The notes: generated by a model not told the origin, from the letters alone. A DNA stretch of 25,378 nt from Planctomycetota bacterium (GCA_027001995.1 JALTLO010000172.1:8293-33670), one strand, 5' to 3'. Shown: positions 7,618-16,865, numbered from the stretch's first letter. Translations and numbers: made by a program.

Positions 7618-8820
7618 ATGGACATTCTCTATCTCGTTCATCGGATTCCCTACCCACCGAACAAGGGTGATAAAATTCGCTCTTATCGTTGGCTGGTGCA
7701 CTTAGCAGAAACCCATCGTGTTCACGTGGTGACTCTCTACGATGACCCACAAGATCTTAAACACTTAGAAGCTCTGGGGAGGCACTGTGCCACGTTGAGA
7801 GCCCACCGTTTGCGGACATGGACGGCGAAAGCCCGGGCCCTCGTGGCTTTGGCGGGAGACCGCCCCCTCAGCCTTCCCTATTTCTATCATCCCGAAGCCA
7901 AGAAATCGGTTGCTGAGATTCTCAGGAATGAGTCCATTGATTTGGCTTTGATTTATTCTTCGTCCATGGGGCAATATGTGGATGAGTTGGAGAATGTCCC
8001 AAGAATTCTTGACATGGTTGATGTGGATTCGGCGAAGTTCGCGACCTACAGCGACTTGGGAGGTGGTTTTTCAAGCCGTATTTACGGCTTGGAAGCACGG
8101 CGTTTGGCTCGTTATGAAGAAGAACAAGTTCGTACTCTTGATCGGGTGATCCTTTGTACAGAACCCGAAGCAGAACTCCTCTCCACCCGGGTTCCTGATG
8201 CCAATAAAGTTGTGGCCATTGGTAATGGGACGAACCCACCTAATGCTGCCTTGATTCCCGTTTCCCGGCAACCAAGAAGCATTGTCTTTGTCGGGGCTAT
8301 GGACTATCAGCCCAATGTTGACGCAGTGATTTTTGCTGCCAAGGAAATCATGCCCTTGATTCGCAAAGTGAAGCCAGAGGTTTCTTTTGTCATCGTTGGC
8401 AGAGACCCAAGTGTTGAGGTGCGCAAGCTTGGGAATCTTCCGGGCATTGAAGTCACTGGGGCGGTGGATGATATTGGGGTCTACTTGAAAGACGCCTGCT
8501 TGAGTTTAGTGCCCTTGCGGATCGCTCAAGGGATTCAGAACAAGGTCTTGGAAGCCATGGCTTGGGCCCTTCCTGTGGTGACCAATAAACGAATCGCAAA
8601 CTCTCTTGAGTCCGATGTGGGGGATGTCCTATGTGCAGCGGAAACGGCAGAGGAATATGTTGAACAAGTGCTGCGACTCTTGGATAGCGAGGAGCTACGC
8701 TCCAGGATTGGCCAGGCTGCCAGGGAATTCGTCATTGAGTCGTTTAGCTGGCAGCCTCGACTAGCTCAGCTTGATGCCCTAATCGAAGAAGTTGTTCCCA
8801 TGAAACGAGTGCGTGTATGA
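7618..8820 (+). CDS. Glycosyltransferase family 4, PEP-CTERM/XrtA-system type (TIGR03087-like)
   Basis: Characteristic N-terminus ILYLVHRIPYPPNKGDKIRSY, DMVDVDSAKF, FVGAMDYQPNVDAV and PLRIAQGIQNKVLEAMA. ATG at 7618 (alternative TTG at 7615). Confidence 0.9.
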   Translation: MDILYLVHRIPYPPNKGDKIRSYRWLVHLAETHRVHVVTLYDDPQDLKHLEALGRHCATLRAHRLRTWTAKARALVALAGDRPLSLPYFYHPEAKKSVAEILRNESIDLALIYSSSMGQYVDELENVPRILDMVDVDSAKFATYSDLGGGFSSRIYGLEARRLARYEEEQVRTLDRVILCTEPEAELLSTRVPDANKVVAIGNGTNPPNAALIPVSRQPRSIVFVGAMDYQPNVDAVIFAAKEIMPLIRKVKPEVSFVIVGRDPSVEVRKLGNLPGIEVTGAVDDIGVYLKDACLSLVPLRIAQGIQNKVLEAMAWALPVVTNKRIANSLESDVGDVLCAAETAEEYVEQVLRLLDSEELRSRIGQAAREFVIESFSWQPRLAQLDALIEEVVPMKRVRV

Positions 8821-9938
8821 CCATTCACGTCGTCCATTTGGTTACTTCATTCGACATGGGGGGGCTGCAAAACGGTATCGTCAACCTCATGAACCATGGG
8901 GATAGAAATCGAATCAAGCATACTGTTTTGTCCATTCGTTCTGATGTTCAACTTAAAGAACGTCTGCACTATGGGGAGGTTCGTTCCATCGGTTTGGGAC
9001 CTGGGCGTCATGGGGATGCCTACAAACAAATCGCAAAGGTGTTGAAAGATATCGAACCGGATATCTTGCACACCCGAAATTGGGGCACCTACCCCGATGG
9101 CATTCTTGGGGCTCGAAAGGCTGGGGTGGCGAAGCGCGTCCATGGCTTTCATGGGCGAGACCTTTCGAATGCTCAAGGTGAATCCTTGAAACGTCGGATC
9201 ATGGGCAAGATTCTCTCCTATGCAACCGATAGAATAATTACACTAACTGCTTCTATGAAGCGGGAATACATGCGTGACTATTGGGTCCAGGCCAGTAACA
9301 TCGAGGTGATTCCCAACGGCATCGATTTGGGGAGACTCGATAGTTTTCAAGCGGACGTAGCTTGTCGTTCTTCATTCACGGTCGTGTGTGTTGGAAGATT
9401 GGATGCCGTGAAGAACTGGCGTTTGCTCATCCAGGCATTCGCCGCCATGAAGCATCGGGAAGCGAGCGATCTGCTTGTGATCGCTGGCGATGGAAATGAA
9501 AAGGACCGGATTGAAACAATGGCTCAAGAGGCTGGCATTTCAAAATCCCTGAGGATGCTCGGTGCACGCAGTGACGCTCCTTGCGTTATGAAAGCGGCCG
9601 ATGTCTATGTCCAACCGTCCTTCTATGAGGGCATGTCGAATACCATTGTTGAAGCCATGGCCTGTGGCGTGCCAGTTGTTGCCACCCGGGTCGGAGGCAA
9701 CGAAGATGTGGCTGGTGTCGAGGACACAGCCGTCTTGGTGGAATCAAATAACGTAGGTGAGATGGCCCAAGCCCTCGATCGTCTCAAGTCAGACCGTGCA
9801 AGTACTCAACGCATGGCCTCCGCGGGGCGGGCAAGGGTTCTAAGTCGATTCGGCTTAGAAAAAATGGTGTCTTCCTACGAGTCAGTTTATGAAGATGTTG
9901 TCGGGCAAGATCGTGGTGAGGGGAGGAACATCGAATGA
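8817..9938 (+). CDS. Glycosyltransferase family 4, PEP-CTERM/XrtA-system type (TIGR03088-like)
   Basis: HVVHLVTSFDMGGLQNGIVNLMNH, PDILHTRNW, VHGFHGRD, VGRLDAVKN and PSFYEGMSNTIVEAMACGVPVVATRVGGN (EX7E). ATGA overlap with the upstream GT. Confidence 0.88.
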   Translation: MTIHVVHLVTSFDMGGLQNGIVNLMNHGDRNRIKHTVLSIRSDVQLKERLHYGEVRSIGLGPGRHGDAYKQIAKVLKDIEPDILHTRNWGTYPDGILGARKAGVAKRVHGFHGRDLSNAQGESLKRRIMGKILSYATDRIITLTASMKREYMRDYWVQASNIEVIPNGIDLGRLDSFQADVACRSSFTVVCVGRLDAVKNWRLLIQAFAAMKHREASDLLVIAGDGNEKDRIETMAQEAGISKSLRMLGARSDAPCVMKAADVYVQPSFYEGMSNTIVEAMACGVPVVATRVGGNEDVAGVEDTAVLVESNNVGEMAQALDRLKSDRASTQRMASAGRARVLSRFGLEKMVSSYESVYEDVVGQDRGEGRNIE

Positions 9939-11302
9939 GCGTTAGATTTGCTTTTATGCTTGTTCTCGTGCCAATCCTCTTGGTCTTGACTATTCGGAAG
10001 CCCATTTTCGGCCTCTACGCCACCATCGTCATGTATTACTTTCGCCCCGATGTATGGGATCAGCCTTCTTGGTGGCAACCAGTTTTTTGGTTGACCATCA
10101 CCACCATCGTTTCCTGGGGTATACGTGTCAAGACTGTGCGTATGCCCGGCATCATGCTGATGGCCATCGCTGTGATTCCAGGGATGATTCTGTCTACACT
10201 GACGGCGGCTATGGATAGCGATGTCTCTATGGAGGCGACGGTCGTTGTCATCAAGCTGATCATCGCCATGTTCCTTGTCGTCCAGCTACTCCGCACCCCG
10301 AAGGACGTTTTGACTTTCTTATGGATGAATGTTCTGGCGAACTTGTGGACATTGAAGTCTGTGGTTTTGATCACTGCCGGTGGCGGCGATGCTTCCCGTG
10401 CGAACGTGGCTGCAGCCCAAGGGGGTGGGGCAAACTACCTGGCTATGACTTTCGTCATGGCGCTTCCTTTGCTCTACTTTCGCTATCTCCATGGTAGCCC
10501 CCGAGAGAAAAAGGCAGCTTTTTGGATCGCTCCTTTTATTCTCTTCGGCATCATGGGGACGGGTTCCCGCGGCGGTTTCCTGACGATGTTTATCATCATG
10601 GTCTTGATGACCATGCGTTCCAAGCAGAGAGCTAAAGGATTTGCCACCATCGCTGCGATGTTGGTGATCTTTATCGTTGTCACACCGTCAGAAAAATGGG
10701 ACCGATTCGGGACAACATTCGAAACGAATACGCAGCAACGGGGATTTGCGGCGAATAGTCGTCTCGAATTGTGGCGAGCTGGATGGAAGATGTTTTTGAC
10801 GTCGCCGATTACTGGCGTTGGTCACGACAATTTCCAAAAGCTTTCGCCCCGCTACACCGGCTACTTTGCTGGTAAGACCCCTATACCATACAGACCAGAA
10901 CTAGAAGGAACCAAAGGGCACAGTGGATTTGTGGCTCACAGTACTTGGGTGCAAACTCTCGCGGACGGTGGCTTGGTTACGTCTTTTCCCTTCTTCGCAC
11001 TCTTCTTCATGTGCTGGGTCGCTCTACGGCGGACCAGAAGAATGCCACTTCCTCCTGAAGAGAAACAGGAGGTCTACATGATTAGTCAGATCTATGAGCT
11101 GACACTCCTGGCTTTTGTCATTGCTTCTACCTTTGGTAGCCATTTGAAGATCGACTTCCTTTGGTGGTACTTTGGTGGTGTTGCGGCCTTTGAGATTATT
11201 GTCCGCCAACAAGTGGCCCAGTGGCAACAACTTCAACGCAGCGTTTTCCTTCAAGAGCAGAATGCTCATAAGGCTGCGCAAACGACGGAAGCGACGATCT
11301 AA
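9935..11302 (+). CDS. O-antigen ligase/Wzy-like membrane protein (putative polymerase or O-glycosylation ligase)
   Basis: About 12 hydrophobic segments, GGANYLA, TGSRGGFL, SRLELWRAGWKMFLTSPITGVGHDNF and VAHSTWVQTLADGG match the Wzy_C/O-antigen ligase pattern. The N-terminal YYFRP motif is like that of exosortase-locus ligases. Confidence 0.85.
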   Translation: MSVRFAFMLVLVPILLVLTIRKPIFGLYATIVMYYFRPDVWDQPSWWQPVFWLTITTIVSWGIRVKTVRMPGIMLMAIAVIPGMILSTLTAAMDSDVSMEATVVVIKLIIAMFLVVQLLRTPKDVLTFLWMNVLANLWTLKSVVLITAGGGDASRANVAAAQGGGANYLAMTFVMALPLLYFRYLHGSPREKKAAFWIAPFILFGIMGTGSRGGFLTMFIIMVLMTMRSKQRAKGFATIAAMLVIFIVVTPSEKWDRFGTTFETNTQQRGFAANSRLELWRAGWKMFLTSPITGVGHDNFQKLSPRYTGYFAGKTPIPYRPELEGTKGHSGFVAHSTWVQTLADGGLVTSFPFFALFFMCWVALRRTRRMPLPPEEKQEVYMISQIYELTLLAFVIASTFGSHLKIDFLWWYFGGVAAFEIIVRQQVAQWQQLQRSVFLQEQNAHKAAQTTEATI

Positions 11303-11305
11303 ATC

Positions 11306-13207
11306 ATGTGCGGAATTGCAGGCGTTGTGGCGCCCAAAGATCGCGAAGACGCGAGTTCGCGAGATGTCAGGCGGATGTGTGCTCAACTGGCCAAGCGAGG
11401 TCCAGACGGCATTCACCAAGAACGCCTTGATGGTGTCGTGTTAGGGCATTCAAGGCTCGCCATCATCGACCTCAATACCGGCGATCAACCCCAAGGGAAT
11501 ACGGACGGTTCGGTGAAAGTCGTTGTTAACGGCGAGATTTACAATTACATCGAGTTACGTGCGGATCTCAAGGACCAAGGATATCAGTTTAAGACGGAGA
11601 GTGATATCGAGGTCATTCCCCATCTCTACGACAAATATGGTGATGATTTTGTACAACACCTTCGTGGGATGTTCTCCATTGCTCTGTGGGATTGTCGCCA
11701 GCGACGTTTAGTTTTGGTTCGTGATCGTTTGGGCAAGAAGCCCCTCTACTACGCCGAGTACAAAGACCGTTTTTATTTCGCCTCAGAATTGAAGTCTATT
11801 TTGCAAATCGAAGATATCGAGTTGCATACAGACTTGGAGGCCATGGAAGACTTCTTTACCTTCCAGTACATCCCTTCGCCAAAAACGGCGTTTCAGGAAA
11901 TTCGCAAGTTGCCCGCCGCAACCATGATGACGTGGAAGGACGGCAAGTCTTCGTTTAGGAAGTACTGGGAACCATCCCTCGTGGTCGACATGACTATGAC
12001 GGAGGAAACCGCCTTAGAGCGTTTCGAAGAACTCTTCGACGAAGCAGTTAAGCTGAGGTTGCGTTCAGATGTCCCTTTGGGGGCCTTCTTGTCCTCCGGT
12101 ATCGACAGCACTTTGGTGGTTGCCAGCGCAACAGGGCTCCTTGATACTGCACTGCGCACGACGACCATCGCTTTTGATAGCGCCAATAATGATGAAGTGC
12201 GTTTGGCAGAAGAAGTGGCCAAGAAATTCGGCACGAATCACCAGACGAAATCGATTCACGCCGATGTGCGGGAGACCCTTGAGCGCGTGAGTTCCTACTT
12301 GGATGAGCCTTTGGGTGATTCGAGTACGCTTCCCAGCTTTCTCGTTTCCAAAGCGGCCAGAGAAGACGTTAAAGTCGCTATTTCTGGTGATGGTGGTGAC
12401 GAAAGCTTTGGCGGATATGCGAGGCGCTACTCTCAGAACCTTATGCTCGACAAATGGCGCCGTAAACTCCCTGGCGATCTTGGCAGGAAGCTTGTTGGGC
12501 TTGTGTCGTATCTTTATCCCAAAATGGATTGGGCTCCCCAGCCGTTTCGGTTGAAATGGGGATTGCGAAATCTGTCGGTGACCGCCGAGGAAGCCTATTT
12601 TCTCGATATGTCGGTGTTTCGTCCAGAGAACAAGAAAGAATTGTACCGCTCTGAATTTCGCCAAGGCCTCGATGGGTATGACGCAAAGAATGTCTTCATG
12701 AGGCATTTTGCCGAAACAGAAGGCCATGATCTTCTCACCCGCATATTGAAGTTGGACTTGAACACTTACTTGGCGGATGGCGTGTTGGCAAAAGTCGACC
12801 GCATGAGCATGGCGAACTCATTGGAAGTTCGTTCGCCTCTTCTCGATCATAAAGTTGTCGAATTTGCATTTAGTTTGCCTCGATCTCTCAAGATGCAAGG
12901 GGGGCAGGGCAAACGAATTCTCCGAGCTATGTCGTCGAGGCGAGTGGGGGACGAAGTTGCGAAGGCTCCCAAAAGTGGATTCGCCCCGCCCTTGGCCAAT
13001 TGGTTACGCAATGAATTGCGAGAAGTCTTTCAAGATTTCGTTTTAGAAAACTCTCATGGCGTTCATCTTCTCTTGGAAAGTAAAACCATTCGAAAAATGT
13101 TCGAAGATCATTGCGCCAAGAAAGCGAATCATGCCCGTCCGCTTTGGCTGATCCTGAGTTTTGAAATGTGGTTCCGATCTTTCGGCAGTCGAGCTCGTCT
13201 CCTATGA
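11306..13207 (+). CDS. asnB: Asparagine synthase (glutamine-hydrolysing)-like amidotransferase, probably amidating polysaccharide sugars
   Basis: N-terminal MCGIAG (Ntn Cys), RGPD, LGHSRLAIIDL, NGEIYN, RDRLGKKPLYY, FASELKS, FLSSGIDS, SGDGGDESFGGY and KVDRMSMANSLEVRSPLLDH. It is embedded among glycosyltransferase genes. Confidence 0.92.
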   Translation: MCGIAGVVAPKDREDASSRDVRRMCAQLAKRGPDGIHQERLDGVVLGHSRLAIIDLNTGDQPQGNTDGSVKVVVNGEIYNYIELRADLKDQGYQFKTESDIEVIPHLYDKYGDDFVQHLRGMFSIALWDCRQRRLVLVRDRLGKKPLYYAEYKDRFYFASELKSILQIEDIELHTDLEAMEDFFTFQYIPSPKTAFQEIRKLPAATMMTWKDGKSSFRKYWEPSLVVDMTMTEETALERFEELFDEAVKLRLRSDVPLGAFLSSGIDSTLVVASATGLLDTALRTTTIAFDSANNDEVRLAEEVAKKFGTNHQTKSIHADVRETLERVSSYLDEPLGDSSTLPSFLVSKAAREDVKVAISGDGGDESFGGYARRYSQNLMLDKWRRKLPGDLGRKLVGLVSYLYPKMDWAPQPFRLKWGLRNLSVTAEEAYFLDMSVFRPENKKELYRSEFRQGLDGYDAKNVFMRHFAETEGHDLLTRILKLDLNTYLADGVLAKVDRMSMANSLEVRSPLLDHKVVEFAFSLPRSLKMQGGQGKRILRAMSSRRVGDEVAKAPKSGFAPPLANWLRNELREVFQDFVLENSHGVHLLLESKTIRKMFEDHCAKKANHARPLWLILSFEMWFRSFGSRARLL

Positions 13208-14370
13208 AGGTCGTGAGTGTCTCCACCATTTTTCCGAGCTTAGAGATTCCTGCTCCAGGAATCTTCATCAAAGAACGCTTGCTAGGCTTGCCCGAGGATA
13301 TCGAAGCATCCGTCTTACGCCTAAGGCCGTGGTTTCCAGGTCTGGGGCTTATCAAACCTGAGCAGCGACTTTCCTATCCGGCTCAGGAGTCGGTCCAGGG
13401 TTTATCTGTTGCGGATCGCAGATTCTCTTACCTTCCAGGAATTCAGAAGCATCGTGATGGTGATCTTTTGGCCAGGGGATTAGATCGATTCCTTAATGAA
13501 TTTGGCGGAAGTGTTGACCTGATCGACGCTCATTTTGCCTTCCCCACTGGCTTTGGGGCGGTGAAGGTTGGAAAGAAACGGGGCAAACCAGTATGCATTA
13601 CACTTCGTGGCACTTTGGCATCATATGCCCATGACGCCCGACGGACTAAACTCAAAGAAGCTCTTCTTGGAGCCGATCGAATCATCGCCGTGTCGGCTTC
13701 TCTTGGGAAATTGGCCGAAGAGATTACGGGACAATCTTTGGATGTCCGTGTGATAGGTAATGGCATTGATGTGGACAAATTCGTCCAGATGGATCGCTGT
13801 GTATGCCGTCAATATCTTGGTCTTCATGAAGAAGGCCCGACCTTGTTGACCGTGGGGGGGCTGGTACCGCGCAAGGGAGTTCATCGCGTCCTAGATGCAC
13901 TACCTGCTCTCCTGAAGGATCATCCGAACCTCAAATATTTGGTGGTGGGTGGGGCCAGTGTGGAAGGTGATTTCGCTGCAGAGGTTAAGTCGAAAATTAT
14001 TAACTTGGGGCTTGAGAAAGTGGTGGACTTGGTCGGAGCTGTTGACCATGGCTCATTGCCAACCTACTACGGGGCTGCTGACGTATTCTGTCTTTCTACT
14101 GCCAATGAAGGGTGGGCTAACGCTCTTCAAGAGTCTCTCGCTTGTGGCACTCCAGTGGTAACAACGGATGTCGGCGGCAATCGAGAAGTTGTTGGCAGCG
14201 AAAATCATGGAATTGTTGTTCCATTTGGCGAGCCTGATATCCTGCGGGATGCTATTGTAGACGCGCTCAACAGAGATTGGGATCATGAAGAAATCTCTCG
14301 TTGGGGCCGCCGGAGGAGCTGGCGTGACGTTGGAAAAGAAGTAGCCGAGGTTTTCCGGGAGATAGGATGA
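13204..14370 (+). CDS. Glycosyltransferase family 4 (TuaC-like)
   Basis: ATG at 13204 overlaps the asnB stop (ATGA) and gives MKVVSVSTIFP...PGIFIKER. Motifs: DLIDAHFAFPTG, ITLRG, IGNGID, VGGLVPRKG and EGWANALQESLACGTPVVTTDVGGN. Confidence 0.9.
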   Translation: MKVVSVSTIFPSLEIPAPGIFIKERLLGLPEDIEASVLRLRPWFPGLGLIKPEQRLSYPAQESVQGLSVADRRFSYLPGIQKHRDGDLLARGLDRFLNEFGGSVDLIDAHFAFPTGFGAVKVGKKRGKPVCITLRGTLASYAHDARRTKLKEALLGADRIIAVSASLGKLAEEITGQSLDVRVIGNGIDVDKFVQMDRCVCRQYLGLHEEGPTLLTVGGLVPRKGVHRVLDALPALLKDHPNLKYLVVGGASVEGDFAAEVKSKIINLGLEKVVDLVGAVDHGSLPTYYGAADVFCLSTANEGWANALQESLACGTPVVTTDVGGNREVVGSENHGIVVPFGEPDILRDAIVDALNRDWDHEEISRWGRRRSWRDVGKEVAEVFREIG

Positions 14371-16439
14371 GCGCGCCAAAGCGAAGTACTTGGATCGTCA
14401 CGGCCATTGTCGCTCTCGCTTTTGCTCTTCGACTTGTGGGTGTCTTCGATGAAGCACTCCCATTTAGCTTTTATCCTGACGAAATCAACAACGTCGAAAG
14501 AAGTGTCAACTTCTACAATCCGGCGACTGGCTTTGAGCTCAACCCTCATTGGTTTCACAAACCAACACTTGGCTACTATCTCAACTTTTTTTGCTTTGGC
14601 GTTTACTACCTATTCGGTCACTTCATCACGGGTCAATTCGACAGCGCAAATGATTTTGCAACGGCTTTCCTCAACCAAGAACGTACAGGTTTCTACGTTA
14701 TTGGACGGCTGATTCAGGTGTTCTTCGGTAGCTTGACCGTATGGGTGACCTATCGGGCTGGTCGATTGCTCCATGGAAGACAGTTGGGATACATCGCAGC
14801 CTTTTTCTTGGCGATTGCACCGGCGCACATTGAGTTTTCTTGTCTGGTCAAGAATGATGTTTCGTCGTGTTTCTTGGCATCCTTGGCGTTTCTGGGGTGT
14901 CTTCATGTTTTGCGATTGGGGCGGGGCAAAGACTACTTTTTCGCCGGTTTCATGATCGGGGCGGGCTGGGCCACTAAGTATGTCCCTCTGACTTTGGCAC
15001 CCAGCTTGTTGGCAGCACATTTACTTCGTCCAGTTGACGAACTCTTGGGCCCCAAGAAGCATCGCTTGCTTGTTCTTGCTGGTTTGGCCTTTCTCCTGGC
15101 AGCTTTCGCCGGTTCGCCATTCAATTTCCTCGATCCCGCAGGCTACCATGCATCAATCAAGAGAATCGTCGATGGGGTGGGAGGGGTCTTCTTTGGCGCT
15201 GGTGAGGTGGATTCCATGAAGTATGGACTCCTCGAATTGGCTCGCTACGCCTTTGCCAAGACTGTCAGGGTGGAAGTTTTTACTTTGCCTTTGTCGATCC
15301 TTGCCTTGTTGGGGTTGATGTTTGGGTTGAAGGAAGTGGGGAAGAAAAAAGCTCTTCTTCTATTGGGATGGGTCTTTGTGACCTATGTTGTTTTGGTGGC
15401 ATTCAACGCTCAGCGAGTTCGCCCCAATCACATCATTGCAGTCATGCCAGCTCTCGCATTGTTGTCAGGCTTAGGGTTGATGGCAATCGGCGCCACGCTT
15501 GCCCGTCTCACAGGCAAGAAACAAGGGCTGATCATGGGCCTGTTTTTGGTGCCGCTTGTCATCCCCTTGGGTGGAACTCCTGCGGATGCCATTGCGACTC
15601 AATTTCGCCGGGTGAAAAGGGAGCCTCCTCAGTCATTGGCACTGCGATGGATGGAAGAAAATTTGGACGAGGGGGCAACGATTCTCAATGTGGCCGAAGT
15701 TCTACCGCTTATTTCTTCCCGTCCTCGGCAAGAATGGCTGCAAACTCGCATCTCCTTTGAGTTGGCTCTTTCTGAGCGCTACTTAGCTGACAACCGTGAG
15801 AGGCTGGCGCGGGCCTCGGCTAACGAAGTAAAGGCATTGCGCCTGGGAGCGGCCCATCATGAGCACCGTTTGATTTGGTGGAGGACCCAGGCAAAGAAGC
15901 TCTCTTTGAGCATGGCAGCGGCACCGTCCTCGAAGTTTAAGCGTTTCGACAATCTCATCATGCTGAGTCCATGGCAGACGGAGAAGAGTGAGAAAGTGTC
16001 TTCGGCGGCATTCGGTTTCAACGATTTGTGGGATCGTTTTCCATTGCCATCCGTGGGGCGTCTTCGAGAACAAGTTCCTGGCCTTCAGGACTTGCCACCT
16101 GTGGAGTGCTATCGCGGGGCTGCCAATTTGGATCGCAGTCAACTGAGCCTCCCATTGCGTGTTCGCTTGGGTGTCCTTCCTAATCGCCCGGTTGATTTCG
16201 TCGTTTGCAGTGAATCTTCTTATGGTAATTTTGTTCGACCAGAAGAAGGGAGTCGCCCTCCAGAAGTGAGCCGACGAAAACGTGCGAGTTTCAAGACTTG
16301 GGCTGCTTTCTACGATGACCTGAAGGCCCACTACAATTACTGGGAATTCTCGGGTGATCGGAGTCTCGATTTGTGGAGTGTTCGCATTTACGATCTGAGG
16401 CAGCGATTGCCCGCAAACACCGCTACGCGACTGCGCTGA
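14367..16439 (+). CDS. GT-C fold membrane glycosyltransferase (ArnT/PMT-like, family 39/83) with a long C-terminal extracytoplasmic region
   Basis: After TM1 (LAFALRL) comes the acidic YPDE motif, followed by WFHKPTL, GRLIQVFFG, AAFFLAIAP, KND and GAGWATKY. It has about 11-13 hydrophobic helices and then about 270 hydrophilic residues. ATGA overlap with the upstream GT4. Confidence 0.8.
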   Translation: MSAPKRSTWIVTAIVALAFALRLVGVFDEALPFSFYPDEINNVERSVNFYNPATGFELNPHWFHKPTLGYYLNFFCFGVYYLFGHFITGQFDSANDFATAFLNQERTGFYVIGRLIQVFFGSLTVWVTYRAGRLLHGRQLGYIAAFFLAIAPAHIEFSCLVKNDVSSCFLASLAFLGCLHVLRLGRGKDYFFAGFMIGAGWATKYVPLTLAPSLLAAHLLRPVDELLGPKKHRLLVLAGLAFLLAAFAGSPFNFLDPAGYHASIKRIVDGVGGVFFGAGEVDSMKYGLLELARYAFAKTVRVEVFTLPLSILALLGLMFGLKEVGKKKALLLLGWVFVTYVVLVAFNAQRVRPNHIIAVMPALALLSGLGLMAIGATLARLTGKKQGLIMGLFLVPLVIPLGGTPADAIATQFRRVKREPPQSLALRWMEENLDEGATILNVAEVLPLISSRPRQEWLQTRISFELALSERYLADNRERLARASANEVKALRLGAAHHEHRLIWWRTQAKKLSLSMAAAPSSKFKRFDNLIMLSPWQTEKSEKVSSAAFGFNDLWDRFPLPSVGRLREQVPGLQDLPPVECYRGAANLDRSQLSLPLRVRLGVLPNRPVDFVVCSESSYGNFVRPEEGSRPPEVSRRKRASFKTWAAFYDDLKAHYNYWEFSGDRSLDLWSVRIYDLRQRLPANTATRLR

Positions 16440-16678
16440 GCTTTCTTTCTTACCTATTATGTTGTGTTGTATATAAAAAACGACGATCAGGAGTGATTTC
16501 CTCATGGGCTTTCGAGGCAAAATGGACGATAAGACGGGGTGCAAGGCGAGTTATCACAACCTGGAGCATGAAAATAATTTGGGGTTATTATTCGAGAACC
16601 ATGTGTAACCCATCCTAAGTTGTTTTCTATCTATAGGTAAGAAAAGTCGTCTCGAATCAAGATTTTACGTCTTTTCAG

Positions 16679-16706
16679 TTGATGGACATAGCGGCAAGAG
16701 TATACT
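16679..16706 (+). promoter_or_regulatory. Candidate sigma70-type promoter for the priming transferase/deacetylase unit
   Basis: TTGATG (16679-16684), a 16-bp spacer, then TATACT (16701-16706), within a 426-bp AT-richer intergenic region. Confidence 0.45.
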
Positions 16707-16865
16707 GGCGGCACTTCCAGGTGGAATTTCTTGCCGGGAAGGACTTTTCGTTGCCAATGAGCCAATTTAGACGCCTATGACTCTGACGGGTCTCTTTTTT
16801 TCAAAGAGATCGTAGTCTAACGACTTGTGCCTGTATCATGATGATGCTGTGTCACGTCATTCAGG

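Noticed and set aside
12065..12727. 220-aa minus-strand ORF
   Set aside because: Antisense shadow inside asnB, with no domain features.
11306..13207. Lasso-peptide cyclase interpretation of the AsnB-like gene
   Set aside because: The Ntn glutaminase Cys is intact, no B1/B2 proteins or precursor peptide are nearby, and the neighbours are glycosyltransferases.
15783..16544. 253-aa minus-strand ORF
   Set aside because: It overlaps the GT-C C-terminus antisense for most of its length and shows no recognisable protein features.
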